The translations under genes were made by a program, and so were the position numbers. The notes under the pieces were generated by a model, which was not told the origin of the DNA, ran no database searches, and saw nothing but the letters and a program-made list of their open reading frames with translations. Below are positions 35,881 through 47,471 of a stretch of DNA of 64,000 bases, in pieces. Each line of letters begins with the position of its first letter. The stretch's first letter is position 1. Source of the DNA: Gonapodya sp. JEL0774 (lineage: Eukaryota); contig JADIIX010000008.1 in assembly GCA_027604505.1 (NCBI GenBank), positions 186,001-250,000 on the forward strand. The letters run 5' to 3'.

Positions 35881-38163
35881 ATGTCCACAACCACTTCTCC
35901 ACAACTAGAAGTCTCACAAAAGCAAGATTTGGAATCGGAAACGCCTGAGTGTGACACTGCTGCGCTGGTTGCAGCGAAAGGAGGAGGGGAACATGATGCA
36001 AAAACGGGACCCAAAGTCCCGACAGAGCGTGATTTGGAACAAAAGCGACGATGGGCACAATTTCTGCGACGCGGCCCCGCACTGGTGAAGACTCCAATGA
36101 GGAAAAATATCAGTGGGTGGACGGTTTGTTTGCTTCCGATTTGATCGACTTCATATCCCGACTCCGATTTGCATCCGATGCTCGCACACCGATCGTCCGA
36201 TTCAATATAAATAACCAATTGTATTATTCATCCCTACCCTAGTCCTCATTGTTGTCGCTCTTTGCGGCCTGTTGGGCCCTTTGACTTCTGCCATATACAC
36301 CCCGGCACTCACCATTGCCCAAGCGGATTTTCAGACCACGGATCTACTCATTAATTTAACCATCACGGTAGCAACTTTGACTCTTGGTGTTGCGCCGCTC
36401 GGATGGGCCACAGCTGCGTGAGTTTTGTTTTGTGCGGTCTTTCCTGTTCTACATTGTACATTGTGTTTGGCCCGAATAGTGACACGGCCGGACGTCGACC
36501 GGTTCTAATATCGGCATCAGTTATTGCAGTTGGAGGATGCATTGGCTGCTACTTTTCTAGCTCAATCGGGCTGTTTTTGTTCTGGCGAGTAATCCAGAGC
36601 ACCGGGTGCAGCGCGGGAATGAGCGTGGGAGCGGGTGAGTGGAGTAATGACCGCAGTCACTCAGTCAAAGTTTTGTCGATGATACGGCTGACTACTTTTG
36701 TCAGGTGTTGTCGCGGATATATTTGAGAAGGAGCAGAGGGGTCGTGCAATGGGAACTTTCATGCTTGGTCAGTCCTTTTTGCAGGGGATTACGATTGTGC
36801 TGGTTTATAATCGAAGGATTCGACCATTTTATTTCATAAGGAGCGATTCTTGGGTGCGCGTTTTAATACTTCTGTTGGGGCGAATTTCTTGCTCACTCTG
36901 CGTCCGTGGATTCAGTCCTGTTATCTCGCCGCCGATCGGGGGCGCCTTCGCGCAGACAATAGGATGGCGCGTCAGCTTTTTGTGAGCCTCTTTCACCCAG
37001 TCTCGCCGTTCCCGCATCTGAACCTCCCTTTGCCTGAATTTGCGGCAACAGATTCAGCGCTGCTTATGCTGCCCTCACACTCGTTCTTGTCTTCTTTTTC
37101 CTCCCCGAGACACTTGCACCTCTTCCTCCGGGCTCCCTCCGCCCCTCCCGGAACCCCTTCACTTCGTTTGTCGAACTTCGCCACCTATTCGTACTTGCCA
37201 TGCAGTTCATGGGGACAGTGGCTTTCGCGTCCTTTTACACCTTTCCTCCACTGATACCACGGGATTGGCCTCTTGCCTATCATTTCGACTCAGCCGGTGT
37301 GGGCTTCGTCATGATGGCCATGGGTCTGGGAATGTGCGTTGGTACCGTTGTTGGTGGCTGGTTCGCGGATGCAACCTTGGCGTGGTGGAAGAAGAGACGC
37401 GGTGGCTTGATTATCGCGGAAGATCGTTTGTGGTCTTCTGTTCCAGGTAGATTCTGTTCATAGAGGCAACCTGAAGAAGAGAGAACTGATACATTTCCGC
37501 TCTGGGAAAAAGGTTGGATCATTCTACCATTATCTATGATAGCCTATGGATGGCTTTTGGAAGAAAGAGTGGCTTGGGTGAGTACTTTATTTTTTTAGAT
37601 GGGTAGATCAGGTAATTGGAGAACTTTTCTTTTCTTTTAGCCCGCAACAATGACAGCGGCAGTCTGCAGTAAGTTCTTCTGGGTCGGTGAACAACCTGAA
37701 CAGCATAGTAATGACAAATTTTGGGCTTTACTCGTTCCAATCAGTTGGTCTCGGTCAGCTGTTTTTCAATTCCAGGTGGGATATCATTTTGTTTCTGTAA
37801 AGTCACATTGTGCTCAAAACTCTAACCATTCAATCTATTGCCAGCTGTAACACGTACCTTGTTGACATTTACCAATCTAACGCTGCCTCTATAATTGCAC
37901 TTGGCAACTTCCTCCGATTTTCTGTCGGGGCATTCATGCCTCTCATCGTCGTTCCTGCATCGAGCTTGAACCGTGGAACACTCTATTCAATTTTAACGGC
38001 CGTCAACCTTGCTGGAATTCTAGGGGTATTTTGGACTGCGCGGTGGGGTACTGTGGTGAGACTGCACATCAAGCCCTGGAGTGAACGTCCTGGTGCAAGT
38101 GAAACACTAGCTGCTGTGTACGGTAAGGGGAGACGTGGTGGAGATGAGGAGTCTGTTGAGTGA
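35881..38163 (+). CDS. MFS transporter, DHA1 (drug:H+ antiporter, QDR-like) family
   Basis: LLGPLTSAIYTPAL, motif A DTAGRRPV, RVIQSTGCSAGMSVGAG-VVADIFEKEQRGRAMG, PPIGGAFAQTIGWR and NTYLVDIY. Confidence 0.93.
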
Positions 38164-38468
38164 AAAAAGCACTTGCCTTGTAATGACTGTATGTAATATA
38201 CATTTCGTCTACCGCCCTCGTATCTTTACTCCCGAAAACAACACAACTCAACCGACTCAGCGCATAACACATATACCAATTAATCAGAACGGCTATCATT
38301 GCGTCAAATTACTGGTTACCGTCTAAAGCACCGGACCTCTCACTGGGAGTGTCGGCCAGGCTCCTTCGGCCCGGATTCACTGCAGTTTTCAATTTATGGT
38401 TTGTGGATATTCCGAGCCAATTTCGAGATCTTTGCGTCCCTCCAATCTCTTTCAACCGGAACCAACAT

Positions 38469-39723
38469 ATGTGCATCGCTTTCGTATCTTTTACCTCGAC
38501 CCCATCTTCGCGATTCCCTTTCGTCCTGATCGCCAACCGAGACGAGTTTTTTGGCCGCCCGGCACTTCCTCTCCATATATGGAATACTTTATCAGATGGG
38601 GAGGAAGCACCCGAGGTGGACAGACGTCGAATTGTCGCAGGAAAGGACCTCCGAGCTGGTGGGATATGGATGGGATTGGATGGTGAATCCGGACGATTCG
38701 GTGTGATCACCAATTTCCCCGACCACTACGCACATGGGAATGTTGCTAGCTACGCAAATGGGAATCCAACAAGCGCATCAAGTCGTGGGGACATTCTCAA
38801 GCGATGGCTGACTGGGACAGAAATGAATGTGTCTAAATGGTTAAGTTCGAGTCTGGCGGGGACGAGTATGACCTATGAAGGATTCTCCGTAATAATTGGA
38901 CGTGTTGAACCAAGAGAGGCTAGTGAAGTTTTGTCCATGCCCGGTGGAGTTAATGCATCAAACGGAACAATAAACCATGTGAACGCCGATGTCTGGTACG
39001 CAACCAATCGAGGACTTGAGACAGATATCGTTCAGGGAGGTACGGCATTTGCCATGCCTAGCTCCAATCCAAAGGATTGTTGCTTCATTGCACAGAAACT
39101 GCAACCAGACAGAGTGTACGGCTTGTCCAACGCGCAACTCGGTAAGTGCTCCATATATTTGGACTTGTGTGCTTCGCAGCACATTTTCCGTACTTTCACT
39201 CAGGTGTGTTTGTCACAATTTTGTTCGCCGCTTCTGACCTTCCAACTTCATGTCATCCCTTCGTCCAGACGCGCCGTGGCCTAAAACCCTCTACGGCACT
39301 CACCTACTTTCCTCCTATCTCTCTTCTTTCGAAAGCAGCTCTCATTCTTCCACGTCCGAACTAGCTACCCTTGATCACCTTTTCTCGATCCTCTCCCGTA
39401 CTTCGATTCCGTCTCCCCCACCGATACCCTTACCACCCTCAATGTCATCACTGCATTCGTCCATATTCGTTAAATCGAATGGTGGTGGTGGGGCATACGG
39501 AACAAGAGCGAGTACAGTATTGGTCGTTGATAATGATGGACAATGGACGATGGAGGAAAGAAGGTGGGACGAGGAGGGTGCAGAGGACGGAACGAGACGG
39601 CTGGAAGGTGTTTTTGGATGGCAGGTGGAAGGCGCGGTCAGTAATGATGGCTCTGTGTCTGTAAGAGAGAGTGCAACGGCGGGGAAAGGTGCAACAAGGG
39701 CGGATGTTGATGCCACGCTTTAG
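38469..39723 (+). CDS. TANGO2: TANGO2/NRDE family protein
   Basis: MCIAF...LIANRDEFFGRP, AGKDLRAGGIWMG, ITNF, SRG, YGLSN, PWPK and YGTRASTVLVVD. One intron at ~39142-39268. Confidence 0.95.
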
Positions 39724-40014
39724 ACCGAGGTTTAAATTGGGGATGCTCCCTGATTGAGAGTGTCTAGATAACAAGCATGTTCGCAAATCCATGATTTCTG
39801 CTGAGTATACCAGATATCCCAGTATATGCCTATCGGGACCAGTTCTGCTGTTGAGGGGCATAAGATTTCAAATTTACATCTATATCTTCTATGGACATAC
39901 TCATATAAGGTGTTGCACGACGTCTCACCTAACTCGGTGAAAGTAGCGAATTCATTTTACGGAGTTTCATTGCGTGGCAGGAGACGGGGGACGGGGATAC
40001 CATGGTTTTCAATT

Positions 40015-42099
40015 TCATTTACTCGGTCCTTGAACTGCAATGAGCTCCGTCACGGCCATTCTCTCCATCCCCTTGTACCCCACCGCATTTGGTGGCTCCG
40101 GGGGCATGAAAATAACTTTGGGAAAGAGGATCACGGACCACTCGGAGTAGTGAACAAAAGACACACGGTTCAGAAACAAGGCGCTCACTTTTTGTGTCAC
40201 CGGATTTAGCCATGGCGCTGAGTGTTTCCAGGTAACGGATTTGCATGGCGGCGGGCTGAGGTGGTTGGAGGAGAAGGTGCGTTGCTTCAAAATCGAGCAC
40301 AATACACAATTCAAGAGATGCTTGAAATCGAATCTTACGTGGTTGAGGATGTCGGCAGCTTCTCGCACTATTAGGGACAGAGGAGAGAGATTTCGTGGTG
40401 TTACGATATTGTGGCACGGGTCCGTCTGTCTCATATATGGCACCGAAAACAATGAAGCTTACTTAGTTTGGCAGCTTGGACTGAGATCAGAATAACAAAG
40501 CGTGAATGACTGGCAAAAATCGGGATGACACGTGAAGGCTTTTTCTCACCTTCCGCCCGAGCTGCAATAATCTTCGACTCTCCGAGTCTTTGCTGTTTTG
40601 CGGCCGCGGCTCGCTCTCTATGTGGCCGCGGCGGGCGGGGCCGGCCCGCGCGCCCGGGGCGGCGGGNNNNNNNNNNCCCCCCCCCCCCCCCCCCCCAAAA
40701 AAAGGGCTTTTTGTGACATCGTAAGCGGCGTACGCGATTCCATATGGTACCCACGGAATCTTGCAACTCGGTTGAGAATTGGAGGTCTTTGAGGAGCATT
40801 GCAGTCACGTCCGCGCCCATTTCCTTGGCAGGGACCTCGATGATATCTTGGATCTGATGTGCGAGAACTTGGAGACGGCAAGTGACGAGGTGATTGCAAC
40901 AGTACGCCGAAACACACATGCCAACCACCGCTTCATTCACCTTCACGATTCTCCACACATTCTTGGAGCGTCCGACCACCGATAACTTGCCTGAGAGTGG
41001 TTTGGGTGCGTTCTACAAGTGCTCCGCGGACATTCGCAACTGTCCCAAAGTCGCACGTTCACTTGAAGTCAATGGGCATCGTGATACCCTTCATTGAGAG
41101 GTTGCACTTACCCAAGAAAGCTGCAGAGTATGGATCCACGACCTTCCAGTATAGTACTTTAAAACCATAACCATCATCAGCGATTATTCGACCCGCGTTT
41201 GTTGGCGTGTGACAAATTTCGCAGACTCACCACTGTCAATAGTAACAGTCACGTTGTCCTTGGTCATCACTACTTGGCGGGGAATATCCTCCACCTGAAC
41301 TTTGATGTCGATGGCAATAAGATTCTCCGTGAAGAGATTGATGTCTTTGATTCACCCCGTGAAGGTGATGATCAAGAGAAAGGCAACAAAATTCGACAGC
41401 AATCAGGGCTCGCAGCTTTGATGAACATAACCCCATCATACTCTGACGGCTTACAATAGAGGCCCGGGTCGACAGCACGGTAGTACTTTCCAAATCTGTC
41501 GTCAGCAATTTAGACATAAGAGAGAGAATTTGAGCACAAATTCATTTGAGTAAGGAGTTCACCTTTGGATAAGCCCCACACTACCTTGGGCTGAGAATTT
41601 AGGGAGCGCTACATTACAAAGGTCTTTGGAGAAGCGCATTCAAAATGAACTCTCACGGACGGTCCTGAAAGGATTCGGAAAGCAGAACAAGCATGGAACA
41701 GCTCCAAGAAATCCCATTACATCTTGGGTGCAAAGGTTGAGCTTTCTAATGCCTCGAATATACCTCTGCTTTCGGTCATCATCACCACTCACCACCGATA
41801 CAGTTTATCATTCCCTCATAAAGTGGGTTATCTGAGGACGGAATGGGCATTTGATGTGAGTGTGATGCCTGCTGCTGGCGTTCATGTTGCGCGTCTGCCA
41901 TGGTCGGAAGCCGGGAAGGACTGATAAGGGGAGTGGTTGTCTCTGGGTGGATTCGCGGATCTAGACCAAGCGACGATGTGCTCATAGAACTCAAGGGCAA
42001 ACAATCTGGAATGGTCTGATGCCAAGGTGTGTGGAGATGAATCGATGAATCGGGAATCGTGGTGGTTGTGCAAACTACCCTGGATGTGGCCTCAGTCAT
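40015..42099 (-). CDS. Stomatin/SPFH (band 7) family protein; spans an assembly gap, start uncertain (41901 or 42099)
   Basis: VEDIPRQVVMTKDNVTVTIDS, ERTQTTLRQVIG, AKQQRLGESKIIAARAE-VQAAKL, REAADILN and AAMQIRYLETL. Confidence 0.9.
40667..40676. other. Assembly gap (10 N) within a G/C homopolymer-rich intron
   Basis: A run of n followed by poly-C. Confidence 0.99.
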
Positions 42100-42547
42100 G
42101 GTCCCAACATGTAGCTTACATTTCCCTCTTTACCGTGAAAAGAGATAGATGATGAACGGTTTCAGAAGATAATAGATCCGGTTGGCTAAATTCGGGCATA
42201 TCAGCAGTAGGTATTATGTATTTATTCGTGAACTGTCTCCCAACGTTTGGAACAATCTCACGCTTACGCTCTCGGCCAAGTCCCGCATTATCCATTCACA
42301 TGACGGATCCACGGGTTTCTGTCGACTTAACGTTCCTTGAGTTCTGTGACCGAATGGTGAAGAAGCATCGGCTTCTGAATTGGGGGTTCACACCACAGCA
42401 CACACACACTTTGGGGGTGACTCCTTCTACCACTTTATTGTTGTCGATTCTAAGCCCATTGACGGGAAAATCGAGCATCACGGTCTCCCTTCATTCAAAT
42501 TTTGGACGTAGAAATTTGAGCCCTTCACAGGAATCGCCAAATCGTGA

Positions 42548-45216
42548 ATGGCGGACAAGATTCATCGGCGAGGGCCGCCGACACCCGCAGACGAAGCAAT
42601 CACCGCATTCTTGATTCCAGCTTCCCCAGCTGCAACTCCTGTATCCTCATTCACGACTGTGAACTCCAATCTTGACTTGGCTGCGTCGGGTTCGCCCAAA
42701 AACATCTCCCACCCTCCCACAACACACACTGCTCCGAAGCCGCCCACACTCGCTACTGATGGCAAGGAACCTGATGATAGGCATCACGTGCCTAAACCGG
42801 CAAAGGTGCCCAAATGGCACACCTATCGCGCCATTTTCGCACACGCACTCCGTGGGGCAGCTCGCTCATTTGTGTTGGCATTCCTGGGCCGTGGTGCACT
42901 ATTGTCTGCCCTCAAATTACTTGTAGCACTTCGCAAAAGGTAAATCTGATGAGGATGCATCTGGCTTTCTGTGGAAAGTGCTGCGGGGATGTTGTGCCCA
43001 CAACGGGGTTTCTCATTGCCATGGTTGGAGTTGTACATCCTCTTACAGGGCTAGACGTTGACTTTGCCCCTTGCTCACCACCTCAACATCAACCGAAACG
43101 CCATTTTAGACCCTCCTCCCTCCTCTCAGCCTTCCAACCCTTCCTCTCTGCCGACGCCCTTCGCACCGGAGCGGCGTTTTCGGGATTTTCATTCGTGTGG
43201 AAGCTCATGACCAACATTGCGGCGAAGCGCAACGGGAGATGGTCATTTTGGAGCGGATTCTCCGCAGGTGAGTGTCATGACCCAACAACGCGCGGCCCGG
43301 CAATTGGTATCTTTTGGGTCCAGTCAAGTTGAGATTTGCTGGACTGGAAACAGGAACTGAGTGCGACTCCATTGTATTTTATTGTTGTTGGCAAAGCGAA
43401 ACTGGTAGGGCACCGGGCAGTTGCTGGTTGTCTGTTTCCTTCATCTATGGAAGTTCCTGGAACCATCTGTTCATGTAAAAGAGAACGGCCTTTCCCGTCT
43501 TTTCTCACTGATATTGTCAAGAGATATTGCGGTACTTGATACTGGTTTGGCTTTGGGAGGACTCGAATCATGGATAGGTGTCGAGCACTGTTTCCCACTC
43601 TTCCCGTACCTCACCTCCACACTGTGACACTGTTTTCTATTTCATTTGTCGTTTTCTATGCACTGAATACCCTGGTTACTCACTTACCGACACCATCCAG
43701 GCGCCGTCGCTTCCCTCACTCTCCTCCTCGAGCATCCCACCCGCCGAGGCGTACTCGTTGAGCAACTTGGCGTACGAGCGATGCAAGCAATCGCCGTAAA
43801 AATGCATCTAGGGGGCCACGTGAGAGTGTGGGAGGGTGGTGAGTGGTCACAAGTTCGCTTCGTGTCCAACGTCAACTGGACAACAGTCCTCTCCCCCCTG
43901 ATCACTCTGCAGCGGCCCTAACCTTCATCTTTGGGTGTTGTCAAATCATGTACGCCTACATCATGCGGCCTTCGACCATCCCTCCAGCATACTACCAGTG
44001 GATGATCAAAACTGGTGAGTTTGCCTACTCAGAAAGCTTGGCACTTGCAGTGAAACCCGGGTCCACCATGCCTCGTATTATTTTGCCAGCTCGTGTCCCT
44101 CACGAACTCCTCGATCTTAACCGCCGCAACATACGCCTCCTGGACGCCCCGCACAGTGACGTTTCGCTCACCACATCGCTCGCTCTCTCCACCATCGCCC
44201 GATTTGCCGGTGCCAATGTGGATCAGGCAACACGCGGGTTTTGCGAGTACGCAGAGAGTGCTACGGGGGGAGCCTGGCCCCTACCAATCGTTCCGTGTGA
44301 GGCGCTGCATCCGAGTGACAGCAGTTGCGTACGGTACGATGTGACTCTGTGGGGAAGAGTGTTTGTGGATATATTCCCTGTGGGTGCTTTTGTCCATCCG
44401 TGATCGTTTTATGATCGTCCCTCTTAATGATGCTGTCGCGACTGTGGTAGGTGTATGTCGCTCTGAATTATATCCCGCTCGTGCTCTTCCGTGCCAAGTC
44501 TCTGGTCAAACAGTGCGTCTTGGTACCGACCCTTTGACAAATCCGCCGTTTTACCCTCCTTCGTACTGTTTTGCATCCAGTCCGGTTCCGCTTATCCTAA
44601 AAACACTGCGCTCCACGGTGCAGTCATCGGTCTTCTTGGCATTTTATGTTTCCATATACATGGTACAGATTTGTCTTTGGCGGAGAGCTGTAAAAACCGG
44701 CATGGTCAAGAGGGATCATAAGTTCGCGTACTGGCTGTGAGTTAATGTAAGCGTGGTGAGTGGAGTCGATGATTGATGGGAGGAGACCCTTTTTAGATTC
44801 GCGATTCCGGCGGCGTCCTCCATCTTCCTGGAAAAACCGAGCCGCCGATCTGAACTTACCATGTACGTTGGAGCTGCCGCATTTGAGTAATCATAGGAAT
44901 TCTCTCAACTCTCGTCTCGTTCTGTGTTGCAAAATGTGCAGGTACGTACTTCCCAAAGCTCTTGAGGCCCTCTACTACGTTCTTGCCGCGCACGACCTTG
45001 CTGCTCCAATTCCCGGCTGGGATATTGCAGCTTTTGCTGTGTCTATGGGAACTATCATGGTGAGCGCGTCAACGCGTCGTTTCGGTTCCCCTGTTCAAAC
45101 TTGATGCCCCTTCTGTCGCTCCGTTAATTACAATGCAGGGTTACTATCACACGCAGCCAGAAGTGCTTAGTCCCCTTCTGAATGGACTGATTCACCGGGT
45201 GCTCGGGGCATACTGA
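42548..45216 (+). CDS. TMEM135: TMEM135-like (Tim17/PMP24 superfamily) peroxisomal/mitochondrial membrane protein
   Basis: RGAARSFVLAF, CCQIMYAYIMRPSTIPPAYYQW, VPCEALHP..SC, STVQSSVFL, IFLEKPSRRSELTMYVLPKALE and FAVSMGTIM. Confidence 0.88.
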
Positions 45217-45458
45217 ATCACCGTCGCTAGTGGAATCAAAACCAAATGCAAAGGTATCCGGAGATGCCGTACTCCTGTGACTTCGTCAGGAGATGAAGGA
45301 TTTTGATGTTCTCCGCGCCTTTTTTTTTTTTTTTGATTGACGGAGCATGTGCATAGTTGACAGTTTATCTGTAAGTAATAATACCACATGATCACTCTGA
45401 CACGAGATGCCTTGCCCTCCTGCGGCCATCAGTCCGAAGGACTGTAACAAACGAATCA

Positions 45459-47247
45459 ATGGTATCGACCGATGTTGGCACACAGACTCTACCCTCAGTG
45501 GAAACCTCATCTAGGTCTTTGAATGTGATCGTTGTGGGGGCGGGTGCTGTTGGTCAGGTGAGTCACGTCGTAATGGTGTTAATGGGTCCTGAAGGTTCTG
45601 AAGGTTCTCTCCCTGCTCAGGTCTACGCGTATCACCTTCTTGCCGCAGGATGCCGTGTACATATGATGGTCAAGGAGAAGTATGTGGATGGAATGACAAA
45701 GTATCCTATGCGGGTTATGAGAAGTGCGATTTCTGGCAAAGATTCCCCCATTTTATTTCATCTGACTATTCGAAAATGCGTCAATGGTGCTTCTTAAGTT
45801 GGCTGGCTTCCTCCCGCGTTTTTGGCATCGCGCCGTTGGCCTCAATCACACAGTCCGAAATTCTTTGCACCCACAACAGTCCTCCCAACCGGTTTTGTGC
45901 CCACGGACGTGAACTTACCGATAGAAGCAGGGGGCCTTGGAGGACCTATTGACTGGGTGATATTGACAATGGCGAGCGATGCGCTCAGAGGTATGTGGAT
46001 GAAACGAATGATTATTCAATGACGAAGTCTGACAGCGCCCGGTAGGCCCCTGGCTCCCCTCTCTGGCGGCTCACTTACCAAATACCTTGTTTCTGCTTCT
46101 CCAGCCAGGCCCATCTGACCTTCAGTATCTCGTGTCCTGTGGTGTGAATCGCTCCTTCATCGCAAAAGGGGTGATCGCCCTCGCAAGCTTCCAAGCCCCA
46201 CTTCTTCAGGACAGATTTCCGCTTCTGGATAACAAAAAAGCGATTTTTGACGGTGTGGGACCCAGTGGGGTGGTTGGAGCCCCGAATATTAGAGAGGAAC
46301 ACCGCACGACTCCCACCCAGCGACTCGTACCACTGATCCCGTCTTTTGCTCATCCGATTGGTCCCCATTCCCAGCATCACAATCCTACAAACCCCACCAA
46401 AAACTCACTGGATATATCTGATGTGGCGGTGCACGAGGTATCACTTCCTCAAACCATAATTTACCTCAGCCCATTTCCCCATCCGGTTAGTCCTCCGCCC
46501 AATGCAACACCGGAAGTGCTACTTAACATAGAAATGCTATGTAGTGCTTTCCAAAAAGGAGGCCTGGCCGTTGTTAAGGCCGGCAACTGGACTGCGGACG
46601 GTGAGCAACATCCTGGGGATCTTGAGTGGCTCGAATCACTTCTTGGGGTGAGTGCGTCTCTATGTTATGTGCCTCAGTACACATGGCTTAAAAGTACATG
46701 TAACAGCCCTTTCTTGTCGCCTTGGAGACATCTCACTGGCGCTTTCTTGAGCTGGCCCTGGATGTTCGCTTGCTCTTTGTCCTGTGGCGAGCCATTCGCG
46801 AGATTTCTTGGGCAGAGCAAACAGCCCCATATCCTCAACGAGTCAATGAGCCTCCTTTGTCTTCCAGGGCAGAGGGTCTGGTTTTTTCCAGTCGCAGAAC
46901 CTGGACTCATTCCTTTAAAGAATTCTACAAAATCGGCAACTTGTTGCACGTCATGCTTTTCGTTGGCTTCTTCCCAGCTTTTTTCTCCCCTCTTCTCTTA
47001 CTTGTTCACTTTTTGAACGCGTCGGGTCTGGTATTTCCTCTCGACTTCGAAGCATTTTTGGCGTTCCACTTTCACAAAAGTTGGCGGACAGACAAAGTTC
47101 CTCATCGATGCTATGATCAATCGGTATGAAAAGGAGGCTCGAGAGAGGAGCCATATTGACATTGGAAGCAGTGTGGGTGCTCAGGCGGTGAGTGCCTTAA
47201 ATGAGCTGAGAAGGGGTAATTGGAGATGGAATGCTTCAGGTCACTGA
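45459..47247 (+). CDS. Ketopantoate-reductase (ApbA/PanE)-like NAD(P)-binding oxidoreductase of bacterial type; apparent +1 frameshift at ~47070-47073
   Basis: Rossmann motif VIVVGAGAVGQ-VYAYHL, then DWVILTMASDALRGPWL, LLLQPG, PFLVALE and FPLDFEAFLAFHF. The continuation TKVGGQT is in the +1 frame, which stays open to TGA at 47247. Confidence 0.75.
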
Positions 47248-47471
47248 GGTGGCATCCAAATCTTTGTAGCTGGTGAATAGTATTTATTGTGCAGCCCGCA
47301 TGAGCAGTGAATGGAGTATGGGGGCTCAATACTCGGTTCGCAACTGCGAATTCGATCACTATTGCGTCGTGTTCTGCGTTTCAAAAGTACAGATTGATAT
47401 CACTATTTTATGAAATGTATAAAATGCATTAATGCGCCTTGCTCTCTGAAGGGAGGTATTGTCCTCGTTCT

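Noticed and set aside
40600..40715. Extreme G/C tract and slightly odd stomatin exon junction
   Set aside because: It is adjacent to the N gap and likely reflects low-quality sequence.
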